Shown piece after piece: positions 37,491 to 47,093 of a stretch of DNA of 64,000 nt. Every line of letters begins with the position of its first letter. Position 1 is the stretch's first letter. This DNA is from a virus (Duplodnaviria; Caudoviricetes), in the IMG/VR virus record IMGVR_UViG_2890524856_000001, positions 18,580 through 82,579 of that record; one strand, 5' to 3'. Under the pieces are notes generated by a model. It worked only from the letters and a program-made list of their open reading frames with translations. It was not told the DNA's origin and made no database searches. The position numbers were made by a program, and so were the translations under genes.

Positions 37491-37888
37491 CTAAATTTTT
37501 CCGCTTTTAACTTATTAATGACGAACCTGACAATTGCATGTCGAACGCACTCGTCTTTGGACGAAAAATTCATGTGCTTTAACGTAACTTGACCTAAGTT
37601 CTTTTCGGATTGAGAGCTCACAGACACGCTAATTGCGCCCACACCTACAGTCAAGAAATGTTCCGTTTGAAGCGAAATAGCATCATGGGTAAATCTAGTC
37701 CAAGATGGCATCATGCAATGCGGCATAAATTCTGCAAAAGAACAGTTGGCAGGAGGCGCGCCGAAGAAGAAACCTCCCTTAAATTGAATGTCCGTCCATC
37801 CAATTAATTCCGCCAACTCCATGTTTAGCGCATCAATCTCGTAAGATGCGCTTTCTATCGGAGCTACAACAACACTTTGCTCACACAT
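37481..37888 (-). CDS. NinX/ABA-sandwich-like phage protein
   Basis: LNMELAELIGW...PSW...AISL...RHAIVR pattern; start at ATG 37888. Confidence 0.6.
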   Translation of the reverse strand: MCEQSVVVAPIESASYEIDALNMELAELIGWTDIQFKGGFFFGAPPANCSFAEFMPHCMMPSWTRFTHDAISLQTEHFLTVGVGAISVSVSSQSEKNLGQVTLKHMNFSSKDECVRHAIVRFVINKLKAEKFSCK

Positions 37889-38057
37889 AAGACCCTCTCT
37901 CAATCTTTCGATCCTCGATTAATCTTCGGACACTAACGCGACGGCGATTCGCTTCCCTGGCCTCGCCGGCGCTCATAGCCGGATTAGTCATCAAGTCGCT
38001 CATCTTTGATGTTGACTTAACCTCTTCAAACGAGTGAGTTTTCTTGTATTTTTGCAT
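37881..38057 (-). CDS. Small basic hypothetical protein (58 aa, below track cutoff)
   Basis: MQKYKK...RRRVSVRRLIEDRKIERGSYV; stop overlaps the next start. Confidence 0.55.
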   Translation of the reverse strand: MQKYKKTHSFEEVKSTSKMSDLMTNPAMSAGEAREANRRRVSVRRLIEDRKIERGSYV

Positions 38058-38104
38058 TTTTAAACCCGTATTTGCATATTTAAGAGCAAATAAATACCAG
38101 CACT

Positions 38105-38449
38105 CTAACGGCCATTAGCGATCATGTAGGGCTTCCATTTATCCTCGCCCTTTATTGAGTCACCGCGAACCATGATTAACATATCTTTGAATTTTCCGGT
38201 CTTTTCCGCGACGCTGATATAGTCGGAGCAAGGGTGAGGACTTCCAAACGGCGCGCTAATTGGCTTTGCTTTACGCTTTCCGTTAAACAGTTCGCCCTGC
38301 TTAACCTCTACAGCAGCATTGAAATCAGATTGGGACATTGTGAAGTCCTTGTCTTCTTTTCGCACCTTTGCAATTTGGCGCTTTATACACGCATCAGCAA
38401 TCGGCCTCAGTGATGAATACGAAACACCAAAAACAATGAACGCTGACAT
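38105..38449 (-). CDS. Hypothetical protein
   Basis: 114 aa with SD GGAGG. Confidence 0.75.
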   Translation of the reverse strand: MSAFIVFGVSYSSLRPIADACIKRQIAKVRKEDKDFTMSQSDFNAAVEVKQGELFNGKRKAKPISAPFGSPHPCSDYISVAEKTGKFKDMLIMVRGDSIKGEDKWKPYMIANGR

Positions 38450-38539
38450 TTCAGAACCCTCCTTTGTGGCTAGTTAATAATTCATTTAATGCTTATTATA
38501 TCCGTATTTGGCTATTTGAGGATTATTTTTTGTCGCTCA

Positions 38540-38764
38540 TCAGCACGGATAACCCTCTTTTAACGAGGTATCGCCTTCATGGTACGCATAGAAGCTGCCG
38601 GCAACGTGAAAGCACGATGATTCGCACGTTTCATCTTGGTTGCGACCATTAGGGCAACGGTAAATAGTGCCATTGATCTTGCCATCGCCGAAACCAGCCA
38701 GGCGCCCAAACACATCATCATGGATCAGTTCAGCGCCGCAGTACGGGCATTCAATTCCACTCAC
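38540..38764 (-). CDS. Zn-ribbon hypothetical protein
   Basis: CPYC...C....C motifs; coupled overlap. Confidence 0.7.
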   Translation of the reverse strand: MSGIECPYCGAELIHDDVFGRLAGFGDGKINGTIYRCPNGRNQDETCESSCFHVAGSFYAYHEGDTSLKEGYPC

Positions 38765-39009
38765 GAGGCACCCCTACTAATCTTCGTAATGGCCTCATTC
38801 GCATACGAGATACACTGACCAGGCAACATACCTCCATCATTACCGGAATTAGCAATTTTCTCCAAAGTCAATTTCATTTCCTTGTGCTCAGAGATAAGCT
38901 TACGTATTGCGTCAGCCTCTTTGAAGTCATCGCCACGCGCCATCCATACAGCTGCGCATTCAGCATTTTTATACAGTTCTGTAGTAATCATCGAAGTTAC
39001 TCCTCGCAA
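38761..39009 (-). CDS. Hypothetical protein
   Basis: 82 aa, coupled to neighbours. Confidence 0.65.
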   Translation of the reverse strand: MRGVTSMITTELYKNAECAAVWMARGDDFKEADAIRKLISEHKEMKLTLEKIANSGNDGGMLPGQCISYANEAITKISRGAS

Positions 39010-39284
39010 CCTGTTTTTTCCGCCCCGCCAAGCTGCCCAGTCATCAGTTTTTTAATTTTCTTGATGCTGAAACGGCTCTCTTCATGAATTCGAATAGCTA
39101 TTACGGATCCAATAGGCAGTCGGAATGAACGGATTTTACTGATAACCGGTGGAGCCACGCCCAACAGTCGAGCCAGCGCGGCATCATTTCTTAGGCGCAA
39201 CGAAGAAATTACTTCGTTAAGCAGCTCATTATTTCCATGTTTTGTCTGAATTAGTTTGCTAAATTTTTCCATTTTTATACTCAC
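38997..39284 (-). CDS. Small HTH protein of the Oxalobacteraceae NDAALAR-type family
   Basis: LRLRNDAALARLLGVAPPVISKIRS.RLPIG...IRIHE. Confidence 0.8.
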   Translation of the reverse strand: MSIKMEKFSKLIQTKHGNNELLNEVISSLRLRNDAALARLLGVAPPVISKIRSFRLPIGSVIAIRIHEESRFSIKKIKKLMTGQLGGAEKTGCEE

Positions 39285-39291
39285 TTATTTG

Positions 39292-39825
39292 TTAAGAATT
39301 CACTTCATCCATACGAAGGCCGCTTTGAACTGCGGCGATAATTTTGCATAGGTACTCATAATCCGGATTCGGGCGCGATGGCATTGAGTGCCACCAATCT
39401 TCACCGAAAATAGGTGCCAAAATGCTTGAGTGAGTCCACAGCTCTACGTTTGTGAGCCCGTCGATATCGTCCAAGCTCTCCCATAGTTGACGAGCGGCAT
39501 TTTTTCTTATGTCGCGCTCGCGGCGCATTTTGCATATTTCTTTCTTCGCAGCAGGAACAATCGCATCGCCATCTTCGATTGTTGCTGATATCTCTGTATC
39601 GAGATTCTTGGCTAGATAGTGCTCATCAAAACTGCAGAAGAACTGGGCAATCGTTCGCTCCCCCATGCACCCCCATGAGGCAGTCCACGCTTTCGTATAG
39701 CAGCAGATAACAATGCGGCCTTTGCCTGGCTCGGTGTCCTCCAGCATCACATCGATAGGGTCAAGTCGTACCACTTCTGTGATTTTGAGTTTCTTGATCG
39801 TTGATGTCGTGACATTGACCTTCAT
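39292..39825 (-). CDS. Conserved phage early protein
   Basis: LDPIDVMLED..PGKGRI.I.CY..AW.A.WG.MG pattern. Confidence 0.8.
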   Translation of the reverse strand: MKVNVTTSTIKKLKITEVVRLDPIDVMLEDTEPGKGRIVICCYTKAWTASWGCMGERTIAQFFCSFDEHYLAKNLDTEISATIEDGDAIVPAAKKEICKMRRERDIRKNAARQLWESLDDIDGLTNVELWTHSSILAPIFGEDWWHSMPSRPNPDYEYLCKIIAAVQSGLRMDEVNS

Positions 39826-40394
39826 GCTTCGACCTCATCAAGATAAATGCGGCGGACTGCACGGGCTAAGTACTCTCTGGACTTCTGGTTGCTGCTCTGG
39901 TTACCATCGTGGAAGCGCTGCATAAAGGCATAATCGTCGTTGTGGGCGCTCGGTGATCTGCTCCAGTAAGAATCTGCGTCAAATTGCAAAGAGCAATTTG
40001 CCAGCAACAACGAAAATTCTCGACGTGTGGGTAGCTCAAATCCAATGGAATTAGCCCATTCCATTGCGTCCGCCCAGCGCAGTTTTGAATTCGGCTTTTG
40101 CGGTACCAGCACCAAAAAGTAAGGCCGATCATCCAAAATAAGCCCAGCATTCACTTCGCCAGGCTGAAGCAGACCTGAAATTTCAGCCAGCAGCCCTAAA
40201 ACTGATCTGGTATTCCACATGGACGTAACGGCATCCAATGTGTCATGGATCATGCCGCCACAACACTCGATTGTGAAAGAGCCAGGATGATCGGGCATTT
40301 TGAACCCACCCAATTGCATTGAATGGCGGTGAGGCTCTATGTGGTTAATGATTGGCTCTTTGCCACAGTGCGGGCAAGGTTTTAATTTATTCAT
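39822..40394 (-). CDS. Lar-like restriction alleviation domain fused to DUF1566 (Lcl C-terminal-like) domain
   Basis: N-term LKPCPHCG...C...WNTR; C-term W.DAMEWA...LPTRRE..LL...YWS...ARAVRRI. Confidence 0.75.
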   Translation of the reverse strand: MNKLKPCPHCGKEPIINHIEPHRHSMQLGGFKMPDHPGSFTIECCGGMIHDTLDAVTSMWNTRSVLGLLAEISGLLQPGEVNAGLILDDRPYFLVLVPQKPNSKLRWADAMEWANSIGFELPTRREFSLLLANCSLQFDADSYWSRSPSAHNDDYAFMQRFHDGNQSSNQKSREYLARAVRRIYLDEVEA

Positions 40395-40708
40395 GTTGCA
40401 TCACCTTTCAATGACAGACGCTTTATTTGAATTTCTTTGAATCTTTCCAAATGCCACTCCTCAAGATCATCCCCTAGACAAGAAAAACCAGGGCTTTCAT
40501 CTGGACACAATTGGCAATCATCAATAACCATTTGACGCAATTCTGTGCAGTCGGCGCATACCTTGAACGAGTGAGTCTCCCCATCCCATATTCCAGAATG
40601 GAAGTGATACTTTTCGCCGCGCTGAATCACGCCGCGACATTCGCAGCATTTATGTTCTTTGCGCGCAGTTCGTATCACCTCACGATAAGCGGATGGAATT
40701 TCGCTCAT
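40391..40708 (-). CDS. Zn-finger phage protein
   Basis: RTARKEHKCCEC...I..GEKY...WDG....KVC..C; start ATG 40708 (ATGA overlap). Confidence 0.8.
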   Translation of the reverse strand: MSEIPSAYREVIRTARKEHKCCECRGVIQRGEKYHFHSGIWDGETHSFKVCADCTELRQMVIDDCQLCPDESPGFSCLGDDLEEWHLERFKEIQIKRLSLKGDAT

Positions 40709-41358
40709 GACTGCACGCACTTAAAAGAAATAACCCAAACCCATGGATTGGCATCCCAATCGCCACCGGTGAACCCCCAAAGATCTTGGAATGCCATGAT
40801 TGGCGGGGTGTAAAAAACATGCTGATATTTGGTTGACTTCCAGCCTCGCAGAGTAAGCTCAAGGCCTTCTGCGATAGCATCAGCCTCACTGATGTCGTTT
40901 AGGCGCTCGATGCGAATATCGGTAATTTCAAGGCGTATGCGACTTGCCCAGCGCGGCATATTGCTGGCTCCCTGCCACGGCGCAGGGATTGCATTGCCAG
41001 CTCCATCAGTCCATCCCCCGAGTGGAACGTCCCCATCGCGATAAATCACGTCATAGTTTTCTGGTTCATCCTCAGGACTGCCGCCGTCAGGATCAATTAC
41101 AGAAAGAGCGAAGTCTTCTTGAACCCATAGCTGATCCCCAACTTCACCAAGTGGACATTTCACACAGATAAATCCAGCCTGCCACGCCTGATTAACATGC
41201 TGGCTGAGCGTTAAATCAGGGTTCCATGCGCCCAACTCGCGAAGGCGGCTTTCAGTTACCGTTGGCTGAACTTTTAAAATACGGCGTGTTTGCGTTTTGC
41301 GCCCGTCTAAGATTGCGCTCACCATCTCGCCAATAAACGCGATTGGATTCTCATTCAT
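40705..41358 (-). CDS. ASCH/PUA-like phage protein
   Basis: PIAF.GEMV.AILDGRKTQTRR...GD.LWV.E...MPRWASRI.LEIT.IR.ERL..ISE.DA.AEG...W.ANPWVWVI.F. Confidence 0.8.
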   Translation of the reverse strand: MNENPIAFIGEMVSAILDGRKTQTRRILKVQPTVTESRLRELGAWNPDLTLSQHVNQAWQAGFICVKCPLGEVGDQLWVQEDFALSVIDPDGGSPEDEPENYDVIYRDGDVPLGGWTDGAGNAIPAPWQGASNMPRWASRIRLEITDIRIERLNDISEADAIAEGLELTLRGWKSTKYQHVFYTPPIMAFQDLWGFTGGDWDANPWVWVISFKCVQS

Positions 41359-41573
41359 GGATTACCTCCTTTACTATTTGAGTGCCCCAGGCAACGTCCT
41401 GTTGCATCTTGGTTGTCACAGCCTTCCGAAGGTATAACCTCCATGCCTTGCTTCTTCATGCTATCCAGCTGCCCGCGGATTTCTTTGGCATCGCCAGGGA
41501 ACATTGACTCCAATTCGGCATCGGTGGACTGTTCCGCGGCGCTGATCGGCATATAAATATGAAAAGTTCTCAT
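41355..41573 (-). CDS. Hypothetical protein
   Basis: 72 aa, ATGA overlap at 41570-41573. Confidence 0.65.
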   Translation of the reverse strand: MRTFHIYMPISAAEQSTDAELESMFPGDAKEIRGQLDSMKKQGMEVIPSEGCDNQDATGRCLGHSNSKGGNP

Positions 41574-42103
41574 GCTGATGTAACCCCTATTCCCCATGCC
41601 TTTAATCTCTCCTTCTCGACTTCTTTGTTACGCTTGATCGCCGCTTTGTAGCTGACTTTTGCTTCCTTTATTGTCTTGCACCACTCACCGGTACCACGGC
41701 GCGATTTAAATCTGACCTTATTTTTTTGCTCGCCCCAGCAATCCCAGTTATATTCACGCTCAGGTATGTCTATACCCAACCACTCAGGGAATGATTCAAC
41801 ACACTCTGAGGATAGGTATTGGTCATAGCGAGTCTTCTTTTTCGGCGGAGGCAACATTTCAATTGCATATTTGCGGCCATAATCTGTAGCAGCGAAGTAG
41901 AAGCCACCACCTAGCCATTCTGCATTCGGCCGCATTGTCATCATGCCGGCGTCAACGAGTGCCGTCAGTCTGGGAAAATCGCTACTGTTTTCACCGGTCA
42001 TGAAGTAATTTCTGTTTGGAGTTCGATTCCACTCTGTCAGGCCAAGCGTGTGATTTAGCAACTCGAGGTGACCAGGCTCTATTGATGCAATCTGGCCGCT
42101 CAT
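41570..42103 (-). CDS. Hypothetical protein (winged-helix-like N-terminus)
   Basis: LL.HTLG...RNYF...L..LV..G.M...F..T..G. Confidence 0.75.
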   Translation of the reverse strand: MSGQIASIEPGHLELLNHTLGLTEWNRTPNRNYFMTGENSSDFPRLTALVDAGMMTMRPNAEWLGGGFYFAATDYGRKYAIEMLPPPKKKTRYDQYLSSECVESFPEWLGIDIPEREYNWDCWGEQKNKVRFKSRRGTGEWCKTIKEAKVSYKAAIKRNKEVEKERLKAWGIGVTSA

Positions 42104-42552
42104 GCTGCACCGCCTTTCAGTGCTACATCCTTATTGATCTGATCAAGATTGCTGAATGCAGCCTTCCAGGTTGCAAGCTCATCACGCAACTGCTCGTTCT
42201 CTTTGCGCAGGGCTGCTGCGTCATCATTGGTAGGCTCAAAGTACATTGGAATTGAATGACTAGGACGAGTACCGTCAGTCATAAATGTAAGTTCCATTTT
42301 TACGCTTACATTACTTCCAATTGATTCAATCCAATCCTTTGCAGCGCGACTGATATACAGCGCTGGTTCCTGAGTCACTTCCGGCAGGGGAAGGGCGCGG
42401 ATTTCATCTGAAATTAATTTTGCAACTTCCGACGATCTTCTAAGATTATTCTTGGATAAATGGCTTACTTCGTTATGTATTGATCGCAGATATGCTTCAG
42501 ATTGAGCATCTGCAACCTTCGCGCACTGCTCTCTGAATTTTTCGTAGTTCAC
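42100..42552 (-). CDS. Hypothetical early protein
   Basis: 150 aa, coupled overlaps. Confidence 0.7.
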   Translation of the reverse strand: MNYEKFREQCAKVADAQSEAYLRSIHNEVSHLSKNNLRRSSEVAKLISDEIRALPLPEVTQEPALYISRAAKDWIESIGSNVSVKMELTFMTDGTRPSHSIPMYFEPTNDDAAALRKENEQLRDELATWKAAFSNLDQINKDVALKGGAA

Positions 42553-43439
42553 TTTGATACCTCCCCATAAAACATCGGCGAACCCTTGACTTCTGCAAGC
42601 ACTGCTTCGACCTCATCTTTTGAATAGCCCCAGATGTAGCTGTCGCCACCCCGGGGCAGCCCGATATTGTCGATATGGAGTTTTTCGCCGGCATGAATAT
42701 ATTCAGCAAACGCGATGACCAGGGATCTCAGCGTGCCTCCGTGAGTAAAGTTATGCATGGCGCCATCTTTATTCGATACCAGAGAAATTGTGTCTGTATG
42801 CCCGCACTTGAACACCACCGCGCCAGCTTGATTAATGGACATTTCTGCGGCGGCCTCATTGGCATAACTCCAAAAGAAGCGTCGGCCATGCCTCGATATG
42901 GCAAGAATCACAGCGTTCACATGCTCAACGCGCTTAAGCTTTTCTTGCTCGATGCTCGCTTTTTCGCTTTCAGAAATTGGCTCGGGTAGCGACATAAGCC
43001 AGTTGCGAAGTAACTGAAACTCAAAATTCCGAAAGCTGCCGTCGGCGTAGATACGTAACTCACCGCTGTGGTTATGTCGATTTGCGGCAAGATAGTCCTG
43101 GCACCCTTTCTCGGTAAAACAAGCAACAACGGTTTCCCACACGTGCATTAATTCATGCCTGTCATAACCATCGGCAACTTCACCGGTTGATCTGAAAATA
43201 GCTTCGAGACGCGCAGCTCGCGTATCAGATACCTCTGCATGATCGCTATCCCCATCATGCCGCCACTCGATTCTGCAATCTTGGTATTCAGCATTGCCGA
43301 TGTACTCGCGCTTTTCCTGGACAACAAACATTGGCTGATCTGTGAACTGGTTATTCTGCTCACGAATCAACTTGCCAATTTGAAGAAGCTGGACTGGTAT
43401 GAGCGCAGACACCATGTCCAAAGTGTTTGATATTTCCAT
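42549..43439 (-). CDS. Two-domain phage early protein (Ead/Ea22-like neighbourhood)
   Basis: TDQPMFVV...CFTEKGC..YL..N.HN domain plus RRFF...FTHGGTLRSLV domain. Confidence 0.75.
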   Translation of the reverse strand: MEISNTLDMVSALIPVQLLQIGKLIREQNNQFTDQPMFVVQEKREYIGNAEYQDCRIEWRHDGDSDHAEVSDTRAARLEAIFRSTGEVADGYDRHELMHVWETVVACFTEKGCQDYLAANRHNHSGELRIYADGSFRNFEFQLLRNWLMSLPEPISESEKASIEQEKLKRVEHVNAVILAISRHGRRFFWSYANEAAAEMSINQAGAVVFKCGHTDTISLVSNKDGAMHNFTHGGTLRSLVIAFAEYIHAGEKLHIDNIGLPRGGDSYIWGYSKDEVEAVLAEVKGSPMFYGEVSK

Positions 43440-43446
43440 TGAATAG

Positions 43447-43890
43447 TTATCCTTTTAAAAAATCACTCTGTTGACTGCCAAAAAATGCCGACACCATTTG
43501 ATCCCGGCGCGGCTTAATACGCATCGCTCTACGCCGGGCATTAAATGCATCAAAGCGATCAGCGTCTTGCTTAAGCCTGTTTCGGTACTTCCTTGATTTT
43601 TCAGCGCCGGTCATTGCTCTCGGCTTTGCTGCATCGGCACCAGAGCCAACAATGAATGCCGGCTGATAGAGATCGTGCTTTTGACCAATGTGCGACCACG
43701 AAATTATGTGAATTTGCTTGTTAGCGCGCAGGAACGAGATGTAGCCGGTAGCCCAGCGACGAGAGATGCAGATATGCTCCGACACCTCCTGAACAGTCCT
43801 GGGGATGGACATAAAGGCGCAGATCCTTTTAATCCGCAGCTGTGCGCGAGGCGAGTTGAATTTCATCGCACCCATTATTTCCTCCCACAA
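43447..43890 (-). CDS. HTH-containing phage protein
   Basis: TVQEVSEHICIS...YI..LR...IHI.SW; G.DA.KP..MT.AEKSR.YR. Confidence 0.75.
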   Translation of the reverse strand: MWEEIMGAMKFNSPRAQLRIKRICAFMSIPRTVQEVSEHICISRRWATGYISFLRANKQIHIISWSHIGQKHDLYQPAFIVGSGADAAKPRAMTGAEKSRKYRNRLKQDADRFDAFNARRRAMRIKPRRDQMVSAFFGSQQSDFLKG

Positions 43891-44075
43891 ACCCGACGCT
43901 TAACTTCTTCCAGGTTCGTGCTGCGAAACCAATGCTTTGCACACGCCAACTCATCCGGCTTTGGCAAATCGCAGGAGGCGATAGGTGCCAAATGCTCACG
44001 CGACCGTTTTCCTATTTCATAGGAAACTGTACAAAACATAAGCAGCGCCAAAATTAGAAGAATAATGTCTTTCAT
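43875..44075 (-). CDS. Small protein with N-terminal TM helix
   Basis: MKDIILLILALLMFC...; start at ATG 44075. Confidence 0.6.
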   Translation of the reverse strand: MKDIILLILALLMFCTVSYEIGKRSREHLAPIASCDLPKPDELACAKHWFRSTNLEEVKRRVCGRK

Positions 44076-44080
44076 GGGTT

Positions 44081-44404
44081 TTATATCCCGAATTCGGCTA
44101 AAAGCGCGCACGAAGAAGCAATAGACTTTCTCAGCTGCTCTGCGGATACATCGCTGCATAAGATCGACTTAACCAAGTCATGCAACTGGCTGACAACCGC
44201 TTCGCGGGTTGGCGCCTGATCCAGAGATTTGGAATTTCTAACACCGACCATTCGGAGTGCGACTGTCGCTGCAGTCTCAGAAATATCCTGGGGATTCAAC
44301 ATTAAATGTTTCGGTGAATTTGCCAAAATACCAGCGCCAACCGAAATTAAAGCACTATCGAAAAAGTCAGCATCCGACATGCGGCCAACAGCATTTCCAA
44401 GCAT
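44081..44404 (-). CDS. Hypothetical protein, first gene of the 44.4-kb early operon
   Basis: 107 aa directly downstream of the promoter at 44447-44475. Confidence 0.7.
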   Translation of the reverse strand: MLGNAVGRMSDADFFDSALISVGAGILANSPKHLMLNPQDISETAATVALRMVGVRNSKSLDQAPTREAVVSQLHDLVKSILCSDVSAEQLRKSIASSCALLAEFGI

Positions 44405-44446
44405 GAGAGTTCCTAAATAAGTTCAAATTAAATCCTGATAAAACTT

Positions 44447-44475
44447 ATTATAGCCATATAAGGCTATTTTTGGAA
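44447..44475 (-). promoter_or_regulatory. sigma70 promoter with operator
   Basis: TTCCAA-N17-TATAAT; AGCCATATAAGGCT at 44452-44465. Confidence 0.75.
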
Positions 44476-44505
44476 CTAAAAAAACTCTTTTATGGCTATT
44501 TATTT

Positions 44506-46035
44506 TTATGCGTCCGCAAACATCTCATCTGCAACAGCTTCTGCCTTTTCAATCGCACTACCCACAATGCCGCTGCTCGCACCACTCTCGGCGATCAGAT
44601 AGTTAGCATTTTCAAGAAATGCAAATGAACATGCATCCCACAAGTCCGGAGACGGTATTCCGTCAGCAGCCATGTCCGCCTTTTTCTCAATATAGCGACG
44701 CGCCTTCTCGTCGTAGTGATAAGGGATTCTTGATCCTTGTTTGATGAGCTTTTTGATTATTGACTTTGGAATATCTGAATTAATCCCGAAGCGCCCCTCC
44801 TGGACAGCACGAGCGATGCCACAGCATGCCTGCGCACGCTGGTTGACATACCGCTCCTTGTATTCAGTCTTGAAGTTTGGCGAGCCCCAAAGCACCTTAA
44901 CGAAGTTCGTAAAATCATTCTTCTCAAGTTGCTTGATAACGCTCAGTCCAATGCCGCCGCCGTCGATAATCGCCGTAGAGTTGGACAGATTTCCCGACTG
45001 TACAATGATGTCGCCGTAAACGTCGCTTGGGTCTTTGGAGTTTGAGCAAAGAGGCACGCTGACTATCTGTACTCTGCGCGCATCGGCGCCGTATTCGCCA
45101 TGGCCTATTACTTTTGCAGCAATCAGAGCGGTATCATCGCGATATCCGCCACCACCGATATCACTTAGCAGAAACCATCCATATTCCTCATCATCTCTAA
45201 TGACCTGCTTTCCTACGCAAGCCTCAATAGATGCAGCACCGGTCAGGTACTTCCCTGCTAACTCGCAGAACTGGCCGACCACCTTGATTAACCATTCCTC
45301 GAGCGAGTATTGCGCTTTTTTCTCAATCAAGAACTCATCAGACACAAGCGGGGAATCTATAGAGCTAAAGCTTAGGGCATTCCATACACCGCCCTCCTCT
45401 TTCGATAAGGAGTGATGCTGGTCATAGAAAAAACCACTCTGACGAGTTGGCTGGGATGCGCATACCGCCCGATTTCGCGCATCTGTCATCGATCCAGATA
45501 TAACACCCCAGTTTGCATCCGGAATGCCGGAGCTCTCATCAAGCAGCCAAAGCAGCGCGTAATTGTGGGCACCGGCCAAGTTCTCCGGACTTCCTTTTGG
45601 CGCCGACCTGGGCGAGATAAACCAATTTAACTTGAAGCCCTTGATATAGACCCGCTGGTTCTCAATCTCGAAGTAATCCGCAATCCAAGCATGCGCACCT
45701 TTTTGAATGTCAGTCTTACGGGCTGCGAATTCCTTCCAAACGCCATCGGTAATGGTTTTTAACTTCGGAGCATGCAAAAATGTATTTGACGTGTAGTAGC
45801 AAAATAAGTGCCACAGCGCGATAACAGAATATCCGCCAGTCTTACCGGTACCATGTCCCGATGTGACGCTAGTTCTGGATCCAAACGGAGCAACAGACTC
45901 AAACATTTCGACTTGCTGAAAGGTTGGTGTCATGCCTATCACTTCAATGCAAAACCGCGTTATATCAACGCAATACCTCTCAACAAACGGGAGGTATCGC
46001 GGATCATCAAGAATACTTTTCTTTGCTACGGCCAT
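44506..46035 (-). CDS. terL: Terminase large subunit (P1 PacB-like)
   Basis: SGHGTGKT Walker A, LLDESSGI Walker B, SDIGGGG..D and SPDLWDA nuclease motifs. Confidence 0.92.
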   Translation of the reverse strand: MAVAKKSILDDPRYLPFVERYCVDITRFCIEVIGMTPTFQQVEMFESVAPFGSRTSVTSGHGTGKTGGYSVIALWHLFCYYTSNTFLHAPKLKTITDGVWKEFAARKTDIQKGAHAWIADYFEIENQRVYIKGFKLNWFISPRSAPKGSPENLAGAHNYALLWLLDESSGIPDANWGVISGSMTDARNRAVCASQPTRQSGFFYDQHHSLSKEEGGVWNALSFSSIDSPLVSDEFLIEKKAQYSLEEWLIKVVGQFCELAGKYLTGAASIEACVGKQVIRDDEEYGWFLLSDIGGGGYRDDTALIAAKVIGHGEYGADARRVQIVSVPLCSNSKDPSDVYGDIIVQSGNLSNSTAIIDGGGIGLSVIKQLEKNDFTNFVKVLWGSPNFKTEYKERYVNQRAQACCGIARAVQEGRFGINSDIPKSIIKKLIKQGSRIPYHYDEKARRYIEKKADMAADGIPSPDLWDACSFAFLENANYLIAESGASSGIVGSAIEKAEAVADEMFADA

Positions 46036-46751
46036 TACTTTTGATTCAATCCAAGTCGTTCATATCGTCCCGATGCAGCTGCGGCACTAGATTTAATCTC
46101 CGCCATTTTTTGGTCGTAGATTTCGTTCAGTTTTTCAGTACTAGTGACCGTCAACGCTACCTCAGCAACACTCTCAACTTTGTTTTTTAGACGCGTCAGA
46201 TTTGGCGCCATGAATACCAGGACGCGACTTTCATATGCGCCAGATAGTCCGCCCTCGACCATCAATGACTCCTGTAGATCCTGGCATCGCGTGAGCGTGT
46301 CGGAAAAGAGTTGATGGACTAAATTACCTTTTTCATCTTTTTTCGATGCCCACTCATACAAAGTATCTCTACTTACGCCGATTTTCGACGCAAACCTTGT
46401 GATGGTAGGAAAAGTGTTTGTGATATGCCGCTTCTCGAAAACGCCAGGCTTAACTTCGACCTCAACCTCACGGTGAACCTCAATATTGAAGTAGTCCAGC
46501 ATCATCTGGCAGTATTCTGGCTTGTATTTTGTCGGGCGCCATGGGTCAAGCACCTTTTCTGTCGACGTGCGCCGCTTAGTAGCTGGCTTACTATCTGGTT
46601 TTTTTATGGGCTTTTTTTCTTGCGATTTCGATTGAGTCGCAGATTTACTGGCTTTCGGCGTAGTTGATGACCGTTTAGGGGTAGCCTTATTTTGCGATTT
46701 TACAGGTACCCGGTCTTTAGAATCAGTCTCAGTAGTTTTCTTGATGGGCAT
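46035..46751 (-). CDS. terS: Terminase small subunit
   Basis: RPTKYKPEY...FPTITRFA..IGVSRDTLYEWA; overlaps the terL start. Confidence 0.85.
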   Translation of the reverse strand: MPIKKTTETDSKDRVPVKSQNKATPKRSSTTPKASKSATQSKSQEKKPIKKPDSKPATKRRTSTEKVLDPWRPTKYKPEYCQMMLDYFNIEVHREVEVEVKPGVFEKRHITNTFPTITRFASKIGVSRDTLYEWASKKDEKGNLVHQLFSDTLTRCQDLQESLMVEGGLSGAYESRVLVFMAPNLTRLKNKVESVAEVALTVTSTEKLNEIYDQKMAEIKSSAAAASGRYERLGLNQK

Positions 46752-46766
46752 AGATACCTCTTACTT

Positions 46767-47081
46767 CTATTTTGATGTTTGAAACACCATCATTGAGCTA
46801 TGGTGCATTGGAACAGAACTAATTGATTTATAGAACACCCCCGCGCCAGATACGTACCCATAGACATAACGCGGGACAGGCAGTGCATTACGTCGCCATT
46901 CCAGCTCCCCGCCTCTACCGTTCCAATAATCCCGAACGGTTGGCGAAATCTCTGAGAAGGCTTTGTAAAGGGTATCCAAATCCTTTACATCACATATCCT
47001 TTGCCACCCTGGATGCACAGAGCACCACTCCAGCGCACACTGCGCCGCTTCATCAGCCGAATAAAACAGGCAATCAGTCAT
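46767..47081 (-). CDS. Conserved hypothetical protein
   Basis: WC..HP.W.RICD..D.D.LYK pattern. Confidence 0.7.
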   Translation of the reverse strand: MTDCLFYSADEAAQCALEWCSVHPGWQRICDVKDLDTLYKAFSEISPTVRDYWNGRGGELEWRRNALPVPRYVYGYVSGAGVFYKSISSVPMHHSSMMVFQTSK

Positions 47082-47093
47082 TGATTCCTATCC

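Noticed and set aside
39822-40394. Diversity-generating retroelement
   Set aside because: No reverse transcriptase and no adenine-mismatched template/variable repeat pair in the window
46035-46751. P1-type GATC-rich pac site in terS
   Set aside because: No GATC cluster in the 5' part of the gene
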